Origin: an uncultured Bordetella sp.
Lineage (GTDB): Bacteria > Pseudomonadota > Gammaproteobacteria > Burkholderiales > SG8-41
DNA length: 64,000 nt
NCBI GenBank assembly: GCA_964531455.1
Contig: CAZHFZ010000009.1
Coordinates: 7,414 to 71,413 of the forward strand
Reading direction: 5' to 3'
The notes beneath the pieces were generated by a model, which searched no databases, was not told the origin of the DNA, and saw only the letters and a program-made list of their open reading frames with translations. Position numbers and translations under genes: made by a program. Positions 26,305 through 38,409 of the stretch are shown here, piece after piece. Position 1 is the stretch's first letter, and each line of letters opens with the position of its first letter.

Positions 26305-29112
26305 TTAGCTCAGCTTTCCATGGCACTGCTTGTACTTTTTCCCTGAACCGCAGGGGCAGGGGTCGTTGCGGCCAACTTTTTGTCCGCCGCGCACGTATGG
26401 CTGCAGGGCGTCGCTTTGATCATTGGGCGGCGCAACTGACGCCAAGTCATCAGCCACAACAGATTCTTCCGGCGCTGAGGCATGCTGGTATTGCACGTTC
26501 TGCAACGCTTCGTGCTCTTCGGCTGCGCGCAATTCCTCGGCACTGCGGATCTGCACCGTCATCAATGTGCGAGTGACATCGGCCTTGATCAAGTCGAGCA
26601 GCAGCGAAAACAGTTCAAAAGCCTCGCGCTTGTATTCCTGCGTCGGATTCTTCTGCGCATACCCGCGCAAATGGATGCCCTGTCGCAGATGATCCAGCGC
26701 CGACAGGTGCTCGCGCCAGTGCGAATCGACACTCTGCAGCATGATGGCCCGTTCGTACTGGCGCATCGCCGCCTGGTCAACCGAACCGGTCTTCTCCGCA
26801 TAACGTGCATGCGCCGCTTCAATCACGCGATCACGCAGAGCCGCTTCTTCCATATCCGGGCTGTCCTTCAGCCATTGCTGGATCGGCAGCTCAAGCCCGA
26901 GTTCGCCGCGCAGCACTGTCTCCAGCCCGGGAATATCCCACTGCTCCTCGAGGCTGCCGGGTGGAACATGCGTCGCCACATGGCTATTAACGACATCGCC
27001 ACGCATCGCCGAAATTGTTGATGAAATATCCGAGCTGTCGAGCAGATCGTTACGCTGCTGGTAAATGACCTTACGCTGGTCGTTGGCGACGTCGTCATAC
27101 TCAAGGAGGTGTTTGCGCATATCGAAATTGCGCGCCTCAACCTTGCGCTGCGCATTCTCGATTGACCGTGTCACCCAGCGATGCTCGATCGCTTCACCGT
27201 CCGGCATTTTCAGCCGCTCCATGATCGACGCGACGCGATCTGAAGCAAATATGCGCAACAACGCATCGTCAAGTGCCAGGTAGAAGCGGCTGGATCCGGC
27301 ATCGCCCTGCCGGCCAGCACGTCCACGGAGTTGGTTGTCGATGCGCCGTGACTCATGGCGTTCCGTACCAATGATATGCAGACCGCCGGCTTTAAGTACC
27401 TGATCATGGCGTTGCTGCCACTCGACGCGCAGTTCGGCGACGCGTCGCTCGCGAGCGGCAGGATCGAGGCTTTCGTCCGCCAGCACGCGGTTGATTTCCG
27501 GCTCGGGATTGCCTCCAAGCACGATATCCGTGCCGCGTCCCGCCATGTTGGTGGCGATGGTAATGACCTGCGGTCGCCCCGCCTGCGTGATGATCTCGGC
27601 TTCACGGGCATGCTGCTTCGCGTTAAGCACGTTGTGCGGCAGATTCTCTTTTTGCAGAATCCCCGAGATGTATTCGGAGTTCTCGATTGATGTCGTGCCA
27701 ACCAGAACCGGCTGGCCGCGCTCGTGGCAACCGCGAATGTCGTTGATGATGGCCTGGTATTTTTCCCGCGACGTGCGGAACACCTGGTCCATTCGATCAT
27801 CGCGGATCATTGGATGATGTGTCGGGATTACGACCGTTTCCAGTCCGTAAATCTGCTGGAACTCATAGGCCTCTGTATCCGCCGTTCCAGTCATACCGGC
27901 CAATTTGCCGTACATACGGAAATAGTTCTGGAAGGTGATCGTTGCGAGGGTCTGGTTTTCCTTCTGGATCTCCACGCCCTCCTTCGCCTCAATCGCCTGG
28001 TGAAGGCCTTCCGACCAACGCCGACCGGGCATCAGGCGCCCGGTAAATTCGTCGACGATGATGATCTCGTTGTCCTGCACGACATACTGCTGGTCGCGGT
28101 GGAAGAGGCTATGCGCGCGCAAAGACGCATTCAGATGATGCATCAGCGAAATATTGGTCGCATCATAAAGACTGCCGCCCTCCGGCAGCATTCCAGCCTT
28201 GGCGAGCAGAGCCTCTGCGTGTTCATGCCCGTCCTCGGAAAGGACAACCTGGTGCCCCTTCTCGTCGACCCAGTAGTCGCCTGGTTCTTTCTCACCTTTC
28301 TGGCGAACCAGCTGTGGGGCAATAGCGTTCATTCGCACGTACAGGTCCGTCGTATCCTCGGCCTGACCGGAAATAATCAGCGGCGTTCGCGCTTCGTCGA
28401 TCAGTATCGAATCCACTTCGTCGACGATGGCGTAGGCCAGTCCGCGCTGCACTTTTTCCGACAACTCGTAAACCATGTTGTCGCGAAGGTAGTCAAAACC
28501 GAATTCGTTGTTGGTGCCGTAGGTGATGTCGGAGCGATATGCCTCCTGCTTCTTGTTATGCTCCATCTGCGACAGATTGACGCCGACGGTCAGCCCCAGA
28601 AACCGGTAGATGCGCCCCATCCAGTCAGCATCGCGCTGCGCCAGATAGTCATTTACCGTGACGATATGCACGCCTGTGCCGGCAAGCGCATTCAAATAGG
28701 CCGGCAGCGTGGCGACCAGCGTCTTGCCTTCGCCGGTGCGCATTTCTGAAATCTTCCCGTTATGCAGCGCAATGCCGCCCACCAGCTGCACATCAAAATG
28801 GCGCATGCCCATCACGCGTTTGCCGGCTTCACGCACCACGGCAAAGGCTTCGGGAAGCAGGGCATCCAGCGCCGTGCGGCGGCGGCGTTCGATATCGGCA
28901 GCTTGCTCGGCGGCTGCAGCAGGCGATTCAGGCACCGCTACGGCCAGTCGGATACGTTCACGGAATTCATCGGTCTTGGCGCGCAACTGGTCGTCGGACA
29001 GGGCCGCGACCTGCGGTTCAAGCGCGTTGACCGCGCGGACCGTACGTCGATATTGCTTGAGCAACCGTTCGTTGCGGCTGCCGAAAACTTTCTTCAATAA
29101 ACCGGTAATCAT
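26305..29112 (-). CDS. secA: Preprotein translocase ATPase SecA
   Basis: [49 protein letters not shown], and the C-terminal zinc motif [15 protein letters not shown] place the start at Met19 of the track ORF. Confidence 0.97.
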   Translation of the reverse strand: MITGLLKKVFGSRNERLLKQYRRTVRAVNALEPQVAALSDDQLRAKTDEFRERIRLAVAVPESPAAAAEQAADIERRRRTALDALLPEAFAVVREAGKRVMGMRHFDVQLVGGIALHNGKISEMRTGEGKTLVATLPAYLNALAGTGVHIVTVNDYLAQRDADWMGRIYRFLGLTVGVNLSQMEHNKKQEAYRSDITYGTNNEFGFDYLRDNMVYELSEKVQRGLAYAIVDEVDSILIDEARTPLIISGQAEDTTDLYVRMNAIAPQLVRQKGEKEPGDYWVDEKGHQVVLSEDGHEHAEALLAKAGMLPEGGSLYDATNISLMHHLNASLRAHSLFHRDQQYVVQDNEIIIVDEFTGRLMPGRRWSEGLHQAIEAKEGVEIQKENQTLATITFQNYFRMYGKLAGMTGTADTEAYEFQQIYGLETVVIPTHHPMIRDDRMDQVFRTSREKYQAIINDIRGCHERGQPVLVGTTSIENSEYISGILQKENLPHNVLNAKQHAREAEIITQAGRPQVITIATNMAGRGTDIVLGGNPEPEINRVLADESLDPAARERRVAELRVEWQQRHDQVLKAGGLHIIGTERHESRRIDNQLRGRAGRQGDAGSSRFYLALDDALLRIFASDRVASIMERLKMPDGEAIEHRWVTRSIENAQRKVEARNFDMRKHLLEYDDVANDQRKVIYQQRNDLLDSSDISSTISAMRGDVVNSHVATHVPPGSLEEQWDIPGLETVLRGELGLELPIQQWLKDSPDMEEAALRDRVIEAAHARYAEKTGSVDQAAMRQYERAIMLQSVDSHWREHLSALDHLRQGIHLRGYAQKNPTQEYKREAFELFSLLLDLIKADVTRTLMTVQIRSAEELRAAEEHEALQNVQYQHASAPEESVVADDLASVAPPNDQSDALQPYVRGGQKVGRNDPCPCGSGKKYKQCHGKLS

Positions 29113-29133
29113 GAACTTATGAGTTTCCCGAAT

Positions 29134-29159
29134 AAAAAAAGGGTGGGATAACCCCACCC
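29134..29159 (-). terminator. Rho-independent terminator-like hairpin between the M23 peptidase gene and secA
   Basis: Stem gggtggg (29141-29147) / cccaccc (29153-29159) with a 5-nt loop. On the minus strand the stem is followed by seven T (29140-29134), only 21 nt before the secA ATG. Confidence 0.6.
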
Positions 29160-29188
29160 CCTGCAATTCTTGCGTTTGGTACCGCTGA

Positions 29189-30115
29189 TCAGCCGGGCAA
29201 CTGCAGAAACCGCGCGGGGTTCAATGCGGCACCACGCTGGCGCACCTCGAAGTGCAGATGCGAACCTGTTGCGCGACCGGTCCGGCCAACATCTGCGATC
29301 CGCGTTCCACGGAAAACCACGTCGCCGACTTTCACGTATTTCTTCGACGCATGCGCGTAACGGGTAATCAGATCATTGCCGTGATCAATCTCGACCATAT
29401 TACCATATTGGGGGTGAAACTCGGCGTATACGACCACCCCTGCGGCGGCTGAAAATACCGGCGTTCCCTCCTCTGCCATGAAGTCAATGCCTTCATGAAA
29501 AGCGCGCTGTCCGGTGAAAGGATCGATGCGCCAACCGAAGTTCGAGGAATACCAGCCGCCTTCAACCGGCAGCTTGGTCGGTATCAGTTTTTTTCGCGCG
29601 CTTTCCTGCGTGTACATCGACTCCAACAGACCCAGCTTGTCTCCGCGGTCCTCAAGCTGGCGGGTCAATTGGTCAATCTGCTGGGTGAAATCACCGAGGG
29701 ACAGATTCTGGCTGGGAATGGATGAAGGTGCGCCGCCACGGCCGGGAACCTCGTTGAACATCAGGTCTTGCGGCTTGAATCCGGCCAGTTTGGCGAGACG
29801 CTCGCCCAACGTCTCCAGCCGCAGCAACTGGGCTTGCATCTGTCCGAGCCGAACCGCCATCGCATTCAGGTTATCCTGCAGATAAGACTGATTTTTTTCC
29901 TGCTGCTGACGATGGATGGATACCAGCACATCACGCACATAGGGAATATTCAGTTCTGAGGCAAAGCGCAGAATACCGTAATTGAGCGCACCGGCCAGCA
30001 GGATCACCAAACCGAACATGGCCACGCCTGAAGCAATCAGGTGCGGCCAACCCAAAGTAATGGTTCGCGCCTTATGCAGCTTCTCGGAAACCAGAATAAT
30101 ATTCATGGTCAACAT
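29189..30115 (-). CDS. M23-family metallopeptidase with N-terminal membrane anchor and coiled coil
   Basis: The C-terminal LytM domain shows HEGIDF ... GNMVEIDHG ... [12 protein letters not shown]. An N-terminal TM helix is followed by a coiled-coil region. Confidence 0.85.
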   Translation of the reverse strand: MLTMNIILVSEKLHKARTITLGWPHLIASGVAMFGLVILLAGALNYGILRFASELNIPYVRDVLVSIHRQQQEKNQSYLQDNLNAMAVRLGQMQAQLLRLETLGERLAKLAGFKPQDLMFNEVPGRGGAPSSIPSQNLSLGDFTQQIDQLTRQLEDRGDKLGLLESMYTQESARKKLIPTKLPVEGGWYSSNFGWRIDPFTGQRAFHEGIDFMAEEGTPVFSAAAGVVVYAEFHPQYGNMVEIDHGNDLITRYAHASKKYVKVGDVVFRGTRIADVGRTGRATGSHLHFEVRQRGAALNPARFLQLPG

Positions 30116-30127
30116 CCCCTTTTCGCC

Positions 30128-30568
30128 ATGCCCAACCGCAAACTAAGCGCCCTGATCGGCAACACCACGGGCTTATCAGCTCTCAATCGGACTCTGCAGC
30201 GCATTGCTGCACTGCAACGGCTATATGAAGCCTGCGCACCATCCGAACTCATCCCTGCAAGTCGCGTGGTCGGAGACCGTGGCGGCATACTGATGATAGC
30301 GGCAGACAACGGAGCAATCGGTGCAAAACTGCGACAGCTGGCACCCCGACTGCTTAAGAATATGCAAAAACAGAGGGCGGAGGTTACTGGAATTCACATC
30401 CAAGTTCAAGTTTTCCAACCCGCGGCCAAGCCCAGCGCGCCCCCCGAGAAAACACCGCTAAGCATTGATTCTATTGATAATTTTGAAAATTTATCGCGCC
30501 GCGTAAAAGATCCCGGCCTGAGCGCTGCATTGGCCCGATTTGCCGCAAGGCAGCGCGCCAAGGCCTGA
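30128..30568 (+). CDS. DUF721-family protein (DciA-like)
   Basis: From Met30 of the track ORF. ILMIAADNGAIGAKLRQLAPRLLKNM ... VTGIHIQV fits the DUF721 strand-strand-helix pattern. It has the same position (between lpxC and the M23/secA genes) as in pseudomonads, as far as I recall. Confidence 0.55.
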   Translation: MPNRKLSALIGNTTGLSALNRTLQRIAALQRLYEACAPSELIPASRVVGDRGGILMIAADNGAIGAKLRQLAPRLLKNMQKQRAEVTGIHIQVQVFQPAAKPSAPPEKTPLSIDSIDNFENLSRRVKDPGLSAALARFAARQRAKA

Positions 30569-30590
30569 ACGGGGCTTCAGCCCTGCCCGG

Positions 30591-30776
30591 TCAAACCACC
30601 AGCAGCAAGCGCTCAACGGCGTAGAAAGCCATCAGAGCCAGCGCAAAAGCGACCGTACCCAGAAACACCCTCCAGGCAAAGCGCAGGTAACGCGGTTCGC
30701 GATACCAAGCATATAACGCCAGCGAAACACCGATAGTGATGAGCGCCAGCAGACCGATCAAACGAAGCAGCAGCAT
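30591..30776 (-). CDS. Small two-TM membrane protein (hypothetical)
   Basis: 61-aa ORF 29 nt downstream of lpxC on the same strand, with two clear hydrophobic helices separated by YAWYREPRYLRFAWR. Confidence 0.45.
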   Translation of the reverse strand: MLLLRLIGLLALITIGVSLALYAWYREPRYLRFAWRVFLGTVAFALALMAFYAVERLLLVV

Positions 30777-30805
30777 GTTTTAGCCAGCGCGTGGGCGCCT
30801 GGACC

Positions 30806-31717
30806 TCAGACAACCTGGGGCTGCCAAGCCAGGAAAGCGGGCGCGTCTTCAACGCGATCGAAACTGACGTATTCCCAGGCTTGCGGTTGCTCCAGCAGAT
30901 GACGGAGCAGGCGATTGTTCATCGCATGGCCGGATTTGTGGCCACTGAACGCGCCGATCAGCGGATGCCCAAGCAGGTACAGGTCACCGATGGCATCCAG
31001 CACCTTGTGTTTGACGAACTCGTTGTCATAACGCAGTCCATCGTTGTTCAGGACGCGGTACTCATCCATCACAATGGCGTTGTCCATACTGCCGCCAAGC
31101 GCGAGGCCCTGCGAACGCATGCTTTCAACGTCCTGCATGAAACCGAAGGTCCGGGCCCGAGCCACTTCCTTGACGTAAGACGTTGACGCGAAGTCGACCA
31201 CCACGGTTTGTGCACTGGCATCAAACACCGGATGCGCGTAATCAATGGCCAGTTCAAGACGGAAACCGTTGTAAGGTTCGAAACGCACCCACTTGTCGCC
31301 GTCACGCACCTCAACCGACTTCAGGATACGGATGAATTTCTTCGGCACATCCTGCTCTTCGATGCCTGCGGACTGCAGCAGGAATACGAACGGGCCGGCA
31401 CTTCCGTCCATGATCGGCACTTCAGGGGCCGTAACGTCGATCCAGACGTTGTCGACGCCCAATCCGGCCAGAGCTGACATCAGGTGCTCGACCGTCTGCA
31501 CCCGCACACCGTCCTTTTCAAGGCAGGACGAAAGTCGGGTGTCATGCACCGCATACGGATCGGCCTTGATGTCGACCGGCTCGGCCAGATCAGTCCGCCG
31601 GAAAACAATTCCCGTGTTCGGCTGCGCCGGGCGCAAGGTCAAATGGACCTTTTCGCCAGTGTGCAGACCCACGCCGGTGGCGCGGATCACGTTCTTCAAT
31701 GTGCGTTGCTTGATCAC
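30806..31717 (-). CDS. lpxC: UDP-3-O-acyl-N-acetylglucosamine deacetylase
   Basis: [31 protein letters not shown] ... [13 protein letters not shown] ... HKSGHAMNN. Confidence 0.97.
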   Translation of the reverse strand: MIKQRTLKNVIRATGVGLHTGEKVHLTLRPAQPNTGIVFRRTDLAEPVDIKADPYAVHDTRLSSCLEKDGVRVQTVEHLMSALAGLGVDNVWIDVTAPEVPIMDGSAGPFVFLLQSAGIEEQDVPKKFIRILKSVEVRDGDKWVRFEPYNGFRLELAIDYAHPVFDASAQTVVVDFASTSYVKEVARARTFGFMQDVESMRSQGLALGGSMDNAIVMDEYRVLNNDGLRYDNEFVKHKVLDAIGDLYLLGHPLIGAFSGHKSGHAMNNRLLRHLLEQPQAWEYVSFDRVEDAPAFLAWQPQVV

Positions 31718-31864
31718 GTTTGCTTGAGCTGTGCGGTGATTGCCACGAATAAGTGCCGGCTCAATGCGGCCGGATCGTGGATTTTACCACGATGCCGCAC
31801 CGCAACACCTGCGCCGGCCCCCACTCCGGATTGCGCACTCCGCCTCAATTCAAACTACCCGCCT

Positions 31865-33031
31865 TCAGTCTGCCTGCTTGCGCAAAAAGGCAGGGATGTC
31901 GAGCATCTCAACGCCGGACTGACGCATCGCCTCAATTGTTGCATCCCGGTTGCGGCGACGGATCACCGCCGGCTGCTCCAGAGCCCCGTAGTCAACATCA
32001 GGGGAAACCGCCATGTTGTCGGTTCCGGTCTTCTGGGACACCACGATCATCGGTTTCGAAGCCTGCCTCGCCAGCGGCTTGCCCAGACCGGTGGCAACGA
32101 TGGTTACCCGCAACCCGTCTTCCAGGCTGTCATCGTAGACCGTGCCGACAATGACCGTGGCCGATTCGGCGGCAAACGCCTTGATGGTTTCCATGACGTC
32201 GTACATTTCCTGCAACTGGAACGTTGACTTGCTGGCTGAAATATTGACCAGCACGCCGCGCGCGTCGGAAATGTTGATGTCCTCAAGCAGCGGGCAGGCC
32301 ACCGCCTGTTCGGCCGCCTCGCGTGCACGACCTGTGCCGGCCGCTTTCGCCGAGCCCATCATCGCCATGCCCATCTCGCCCATCACCGTACGCACGTCAG
32401 CGAAGTCGACGTTGATCATGCCAGGGCAGCTGATGATTTCCGCGATACCGGCAACAGCGCCATGCAACACGTCATTGGCCGCACGGAAAGCTTCGTCGAG
32501 CGTAATCGAATTGCCCAGCACCTGCATCAGCTTGTCGTTCGGAATCACGATCAGCGAATCAACATGCTGGGCAAGCGCATCAAGCCCTTCCTGCGCGAGG
32601 CGCTGCCGTTTACCTTCGAAAGCAAATGGTTTGGTCACCACGGCTACAGTCAGGATGCCCAGTTCCTTGGCGATTTCCGCGACCACCGGTGCTGCGCCGG
32701 TGCCGGTACCGCCGCCCATGCCTGCAGTCAGGAACAACATGTCGGCGCCGGAAATCATCTCGGCGATGCGCTCGCGATCCTCCAGCGCAGCCTGGCGGCC
32801 GATCTCGGGATTGGCACCGGCACCCAGACCTTTGGTGATACCGGTACCAAGCTGTATCTGCGTCTTCGCCTGATTGCGCTTGAGCGCCTGGGCATCGGTG
32901 TTCGCACAGATGAACTCAACCCCCTGCACACCCTGGACGATCATGTGGTCGACCGCATTGCCGCCGCAGCCGCCGACACCGATCACCTTGATTACCGCTT
33001 CCTGCGCTTGTGCATCAATCAGTTCAATCAT
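31865..33031 (-). CDS. ftsZ: Cell division GTPase FtsZ
   Basis: VIGVGGCGGNAV and the tubulin signature GMGGGTGTGAAPV. I place the start at Met8 with an aaggag RBS. Confidence 0.97.
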   Translation of the reverse strand: MIELIDAQAQEAVIKVIGVGGCGGNAVDHMIVQGVQGVEFICANTDAQALKRNQAKTQIQLGTGITKGLGAGANPEIGRQAALEDRERIAEMISGADMLFLTAGMGGGTGTGAAPVVAEIAKELGILTVAVVTKPFAFEGKRQRLAQEGLDALAQHVDSLIVIPNDKLMQVLGNSITLDEAFRAANDVLHGAVAGIAEIISCPGMINVDFADVRTVMGEMGMAMMGSAKAAGTGRAREAAEQAVACPLLEDINISDARGVLVNISASKSTFQLQEMYDVMETIKAFAAESATVIVGTVYDDSLEDGLRVTIVATGLGKPLARQASKPMIVVSQKTGTDNMAVSPDVDYGALEQPAVIRRRNRDATIEAMRQSGVEMLDIPAFLRKQAD

Positions 33032-33143
33032 GTGAGTCTCCTTTTTCTGCAAGCAAAGTAATGTTTAAAAATACGAAATACAAAATGCGAAAAACAAAAA
33101 CTGGAAATCCTTAAACCGCAAATTCCTTTCCTCAACGCTGCTT

Positions 33144-34382
33144 CTAGAAATTTCCCGTGAACCAGGTTTTCATCCTTTCGAGTACTTGCTGAAAGCTGCT
33201 GACATGCATGCGCGCAACATCGCGCTGGCGATGCTCGTCAGCGCCGGCCATCAACAACCCGACACACGTTGCATAACGCGTACTGCGCACAACATCAGCG
33301 AGGCCGCCGGCGTACTGAGGCATGCCGATACGCACCGGCATGTGAAAGATTTCCTCGCCCAGCTCGACCATGCCCTGCATTGAACTTGACCCCCCGGTCA
33401 GCACTACACCGGATGACAACAGTTCTTCGTAGCCGCTGCGGCGAAGTTCCGCCTGCACCAGCGAATAAAGTTCTTCGACACGCGGCTCGATCACCTCAGC
33501 CAGCGTTTTTCGCGACAGCTGCCGCGAACTGCGGTCGCCAACGCCCGGCACGTCGACCATCTCCTGGGGATCCGCCAGCTGCGACAGCGCACAACCGAAG
33601 CGCTGCTTGATGTCTTCCGCATCCTTGGTCGGGGTGCGCAACGCCATCGCGATGTCGTTGGTGATCTGGTCACCGGCTATCGGGATCACCGCGGTATGGC
33701 GGATCGCGCCGTTGGTAAATACGGCCATGTCGGTTGTACCGCCACCAATATCAACGAGACACACCCCGAGATCCTTCTCATCCTCCGACAGCACCGCAAC
33801 CGATGACGCCAGCGGTTGCAGAATCAGGTCATTGACCTCCAGACCACAGCGCCGCACGCACTTGATGATGTTCTGCGCCGCCGATACCGCCCCGGTAACA
33901 ATGTGCACTTTCACTTCAAGCCGGACCCCGGACATGCCCAGCGGTTCACGCACGTCCTCCTGGCCGTCAATGATGAACTCCTGGTTGAGTACATGCAGGA
34001 TCTGCTGATCATTCGGAATCTGTACGGCTTTTGCGGTCTCGATCACGCGATCAATGTCCAGCTGTGCGACTTCCTTGTCTTTGATCGCCACCATGCCCTG
34101 CGAATTGAAACTCTTGATGTGGTTCCCGGCGATGCCCGTGTAAACCTCGCTGATCTTGCAGTCCGCCATCAGTTCGGCCTCTTCCAGTGCGCGCTGAATG
34201 GCGTTGACCGTGGTCTCGATATTGACCACAACACCTTTCTTCAATCCGCGCGACGGATGACTGCCCATGCCGATGATCTCGAAGCCCCCTTCGGGCTTCA
34301 GTTCAGCGACGATAGCGACAATCTTGGATGTGCCGATATCCAGGCCCACCACCAATTTCTTGCTTTCCTTGTTTTTACTCAT
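33144..34382 (-). CDS. ftsA: Cell division protein FtsA
   Basis: VVGLDIGTSKIVAIVAE and DIGGGTTDMAVF are actin-fold motifs. Confidence 0.97.
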   Translation of the reverse strand: MSKNKESKKLVVGLDIGTSKIVAIVAELKPEGGFEIIGMGSHPSRGLKKGVVVNIETTVNAIQRALEEAELMADCKISEVYTGIAGNHIKSFNSQGMVAIKDKEVAQLDIDRVIETAKAVQIPNDQQILHVLNQEFIIDGQEDVREPLGMSGVRLEVKVHIVTGAVSAAQNIIKCVRRCGLEVNDLILQPLASSVAVLSEDEKDLGVCLVDIGGGTTDMAVFTNGAIRHTAVIPIAGDQITNDIAMALRTPTKDAEDIKQRFGCALSQLADPQEMVDVPGVGDRSSRQLSRKTLAEVIEPRVEELYSLVQAELRRSGYEELLSSGVVLTGGSSSMQGMVELGEEIFHMPVRIGMPQYAGGLADVVRSTRYATCVGLLMAGADEHRQRDVARMHVSSFQQVLERMKTWFTGNF

Positions 34383-34415
34383 AGTCCGTCTTTATCCCAG
34401 CCTGTCGCCGATTTT

Positions 34416-35150
34416 CTAAACGCCGCGCTTCGGCTTGGCTTCCGCAGCAGGCGGCAGTCCAGGCACACGCGCAGCAAATCCGTTGGCATAACGCAGGTCA
34501 ACCCGGTCTACCGGCCGCGTCATGCGGGCAATCGTTCGCGGATAAGTCGATACAAACCGCCGAAGCCGCTCTTCCACGTTTTCGCGACCGAAATCCACGG
34601 TCATGCCATCATCAAGCCGGATCTGCCACGCGCGGCGCGGCGATACATTGATCTCCCCCGGCATCTTGCCGATCGCCGCGAGACTGCGCCGGAAATGCTC
34701 ATACTGGATGGCAATTTCCTTTGCAGTACCATCAGGACCGTTGAATATCGGCAGCGAGCCATCATAAGCCGCCTCAAAAACCTCGCCATGCACATTCACC
34801 AGTGCAGACTTGCCCCAGCGCGCCAGGGGTACATGTTCTGTAAGCACTACCTCGATCAAGCCTGGCCATTGGCGACGCACCTCGGCACGCCGCACCCACG
34901 GCAGCTTCTCGAACGCGACCCTGGTTGACGCCAGTTGCAGCGTAAAAAAATTGCCGCGCACTTCGCGGCGCACGATGGTTTCAACCTGCTCGCGGGTGAC
35001 ATGCGTCAACGGCGTAACTACACGCACCTCGGTAATCGGGAACACCGGGAGTTGCACTACCCACGCCGCACCGCTGTAAAGAAGGCCAAGCAGCGCTGCC
35101 ACGACCAGCAGGTCGGACAGGCGGTTGAGGACGGCGGGCTTATCCCACAT
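34416..35150 (-). CDS. ftsQ: Cell division protein FtsQ
   Basis: A single TM helix is followed by a POTRA domain ([19 protein letters not shown]). The position between ddl and ftsA is conserved. Confidence 0.9.
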   Translation of the reverse strand: MWDKPAVLNRLSDLLVVAALLGLLYSGAAWVVQLPVFPITEVRVVTPLTHVTREQVETIVRREVRGNFFTLQLASTRVAFEKLPWVRRAEVRRQWPGLIEVVLTEHVPLARWGKSALVNVHGEVFEAAYDGSLPIFNGPDGTAKEIAIQYEHFRRSLAAIGKMPGEINVSPRRAWQIRLDDGMTVDFGRENVEERLRRFVSTYPRTIARMTRPVDRVDLRYANGFAARVPGLPPAAEAKPKRGV

Positions 35151-36051
35151 GGGCCAGCTCCAGTATCCGCAGCACCAGATCGTTGAATGACAAACCGGCC
35201 TCGCGAGCAGCCATCGGCACCAGGCTGTGTCCGGTCATGCCGGGCGAGGTATTCATTTCCAGAAACTGCACACTGCCATCGGCGCGGCGAATCAGATCGG
35301 CGCGGCCCCAGCCGGCACAACCCAGAGCCTGCGCACTCTTCATCACCAGCGCACGGATACGCAATTCCTCGGCCTGCGGCAAACCGCAAGGGCAGTGGTA
35401 CTTCGTTTCGTCGCTGAAGTACTTGTTTTGATAGTCGTAATTGCCCTGCGGCGCCTCGATGCGGATCAACGGCAGCGCCTGCTCGCCAAGGAAACCGGCG
35501 GTCAATTCTTCGCCGGCGATAAACTCCTCCGCCATCACAAACGGATCATGGCGGGCGGCCAGCGCGTACGCCTGCGGCAATTGCGCGGCGTCAGTCACCT
35601 TGGTCAGGCCGATGGTTGAACCCTCGCGCGCCGGCTTGATGATCAGCGGCAGTCCGAGTCGTTTGGCAACGCCCGCCCAGTCGCTCCCGGCGTCGACCAC
35701 CTCAAACTGTGGTGTCGGGATCCCGGCGGCGGTCCACACCATCTTCGTGCGCACCTTGTCCATCGCCAGCGCGGAAGCCATCACGCCGCTGCCGGTGTAC
35801 GGGATGCCCATCAGTTCCAGTGCGCCCTGCACCGTTCCATCCTCGCCATAGCCGCCGTGCAGCGCGATGAACACTCTGGAAAATCCCTCGCGCTTGAGTT
35901 CGAAAATTTCACGCTCGGCAGGATCAAAAGCGTAAGCATCCAGACCGGCCTGCTGCAGGGCTTTCAGCACATTGCTGCCGCTCATCAGCGACACTTCACG
36001 CTCTGCGCTGCGCCCGCCGAACAGCACCGCGATTTTGCCGAATCCGCTCAT
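35140..36051 (-). CDS. ddl: D-alanine--D-alanine ligase
   Basis: [34 protein letters not shown], and C-terminal NTSPGMT. Confidence 0.95.
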   Translation of the reverse strand: MSGFGKIAVLFGGRSAEREVSLMSGSNVLKALQQAGLDAYAFDPAEREIFELKREGFSRVFIALHGGYGEDGTVQGALELMGIPYTGSGVMASALAMDKVRTKMVWTAAGIPTPQFEVVDAGSDWAGVAKRLGLPLIIKPAREGSTIGLTKVTDAAQLPQAYALAARHDPFVMAEEFIAGEELTAGFLGEQALPLIRIEAPQGNYDYQNKYFSDETKYHCPCGLPQAEELRIRALVMKSAQALGCAGWGRADLIRRADGSVQFLEMNTSPGMTGHSLVPMAAREAGLSFNDLVLRILELAHVG

Positions 36052-37016
36052 GCGTACTCCCCGACCACGCGGACTTCGCGTTCCAGATGTACGCCGAACT
36101 GCTGCCGTACGGTGTTCTGCGCCAGTTCAATCAGAGCCTCGATATCAGCAGCAGTCGCTCCACCGTCGTTGACAATGAAATTGGAATGTTTTGCTGAAAT
36201 CGATGCCCCTCCGATGCGGCGGCCCTTCAGACCACAGACCTCGATCAACCGTGCCGCATGATCGCCCGGCGGATTGCGAAACACCGATCCCGCATTGGGT
36301 ATACCCAGCGGCTGCGCGGCGATACGCTGCGCAAGCAATTTCTTGATCGTTGCGCGGGACTGCTCTCCGTCGCCATGCGACAGCCTGAAAGTCGCCGCGA
36401 CAAACCATTCCTGGCCGCTTTCGTATGCGAAACCGCCATTCATGCTGGACATCTGATGGGATCGCAACTCCACGCTGCGATAGCCGATGGTGTAGTGCTG
36501 CGGGGTGCGCACGTGCAATGTTCCCGCACGGTCGATGGTTTCGACCTGCGCCACCAGATTCCACGTTTCACCGCCATAACACCCGGCATTCATCGCCAGC
36601 GCGCCACCGATGGTGCCGGGGATGCCGGCAAGAAATTCGGCGCCGGCGAGATTGTTGATCGCTGCGGTGCGCGCCACTTTCGGGCAGGCCACGCCAGCCT
36701 GCGCGCGGATTTCACCGCCGTTTTCGTCACTCCACAGGACGGTCAGACCGCGCAATGCCCAATGCGTGAATATCACCGTGCCGTCCAGTCCGCCGTCACG
36801 AACCAGCAGATTGCTGCCGAGCCCAACCACGTGCACCTGTTCACCATCCGGCAAGCCGCGCAGGAAAAGCGCCATGTCATCCAGATCGGCCGGGGCATAG
36901 GTGCAGCGCACACGGCCGCCGGCGCGCCAACTGACATGGCGCGCCATCGGCTCGTCGCTGCGCAGTTCCCCGCGCAGTCCGTGTGCCGATATCTGTTGTT
37001 GTTCGCTCATGTTCAT
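36048..37016 (-). CDS. murB: UDP-N-acetylenolpyruvoylglucosamine reductase
   Basis: [16 protein letters not shown] and NAGSVFRNP motifs. I place the start at Met42 (ATG 37016), adjacent to the murC stop codon (37018-37020). The track ORF begins with TTG inside murC. Confidence 0.93.
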   Translation of the reverse strand: MNMSEQQQISAHGLRGELRSDEPMARHVSWRAGGRVRCTYAPADLDDMALFLRGLPDGEQVHVVGLGSNLLVRDGGLDGTVIFTHWALRGLTVLWSDENGGEIRAQAGVACPKVARTAAINNLAGAEFLAGIPGTIGGALAMNAGCYGGETWNLVAQVETIDRAGTLHVRTPQHYTIGYRSVELRSHQMSSMNGGFAYESGQEWFVAATFRLSHGDGEQSRATIKKLLAQRIAAQPLGIPNAGSVFRNPPGDHAARLIEVCGLKGRRIGGASISAKHSNFIVNDGGATAADIEALIELAQNTVRQQFGVHLEREVRVVGEYA

Positions 37017-37017
37017 G

Positions 37018-38409
37018 TCAGCCCTGCACCAGCCTGCCGGCCACGGCGCCGATCGAACCCGCCCCCATGGCCAGCAATACATCACCGTCACGCACTGCGC
37101 CGCCGATTGCCTCCGGCAGTTCCGCAACCTGTTCGACAAACACCGGCTCGACCTTGCCCATTACGCGCACCGCACGAGCCAGCGCCCGGCCGTCAGCGGC
37201 CACGATCGGCGACTCGCCGGCTGCATACACCTCGGTCAGCAGCAGCGCGTCCACGCTCGACAGCACCCGCGCGAAATCCTCGAAGCAATCGCGGGTCCGC
37301 GTATAACGATGCGGCTGGAAAGCGAGTACGAGACGCCGACCGGGAAAGGCACCGCGCGCCGCGGCGATTGTTGCCGCCATCTCCACCGGGTGATGGCCGT
37401 AGTCATCAATCAATTCGAAAGAACCGCCTGCCGCCAGCGGAACTGCACCGTAGCGCTGGAAGCGCCGGCCGACTCCCTTGAATTCGCCCAGCGCGCGGAC
37501 AATTTTTTCATCAGGCACGCCGACTTCCATGCCGACCGCAATCGCTGCCAGCGCATTGAGCACGTTGTGCACGCCCGCAAGGTTCAGCGTGATGTCGAGG
37601 TCGGGCAGGCGCCGGCCGTTCTTGCGCTGGACACGGAAACGCATCTGACCTGCAGCCGCGGTCACGGCATGGGCGCGAATCTGTGCACCTTCCATCAATC
37701 CGTAGGTCACCACGGTCTTGGTCAGGCGCGGCATGATCGAACGAACATTGACGTCGTCATTGCACAACACGGCCACGCCGTAGAACGGCAACCGCTCTAC
37801 AAAATCGACAAAGGCCTGCTTCAGCTTGTCAATAGAGTGGTCGTACGTCTCCATGTGGTCAGCATCGATATTGGTAACCACCGAAATCACCGGCTGCAGA
37901 TGCAGAAACGAGGCATCGGATTCATCCGCCTCGGCAACGATGAATTCGCCGGCGCCGAGCCGCGCATTGGCACCGGCGCTTTCGAGCCGGCCACCGATGA
38001 CAAAAGTCGGGTCCATGCCGCCCTCGGCAAGCACGCTCGCCGCCAGACTGGTGGTCGTGGTCTTGCCATGCGTGCCGGCAACCGCAATGCCTTGTTTGAG
38101 GCGCATCAATTCGGCGAGCATCAGCGCCCGCGGCACCACGGGAACCAGACGGCCTCGCGCTGCAAGCACCTCCGGGTTGTCGGCCTTGACCGCACTCGAA
38201 ATCACCACCACATCGGCATCGCTGACGTTCTCAGCAGCATGGCCGATTCGAACCTTGGCACCGAGACCGGCCAGTCGGCGCGTCACATTGCCTTCACTGA
38301 GATCGGAACCGCTGACGGCATAACCGAGGTTGAGCAGCACCTCTGCGATGCCGCTCATGCCGGCTCCGCCGATGCCCACAAAATGCACGTTGCGTACTTT
38401 GTGTCTCAT
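37018..38409 (-). CDS. murC: UDP-N-acetylmuramate--L-alanine ligase
   Basis: [18 protein letters not shown] and [11 protein letters not shown]. Confidence 0.97.
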   Translation of the reverse strand: MRHKVRNVHFVGIGGAGMSGIAEVLLNLGYAVSGSDLSEGNVTRRLAGLGAKVRIGHAAENVSDADVVVISSAVKADNPEVLAARGRLVPVVPRALMLAELMRLKQGIAVAGTHGKTTTTSLAASVLAEGGMDPTFVIGGRLESAGANARLGAGEFIVAEADESDASFLHLQPVISVVTNIDADHMETYDHSIDKLKQAFVDFVERLPFYGVAVLCNDDVNVRSIMPRLTKTVVTYGLMEGAQIRAHAVTAAAGQMRFRVQRKNGRRLPDLDITLNLAGVHNVLNALAAIAVGMEVGVPDEKIVRALGEFKGVGRRFQRYGAVPLAAGGSFELIDDYGHHPVEMAATIAAARGAFPGRRLVLAFQPHRYTRTRDCFEDFARVLSSVDALLLTEVYAAGESPIVAADGRALARAVRVMGKVEPVFVEQVAELPEAIGGAVRDGDVLLAMGAGSIGAVAGRLVQG

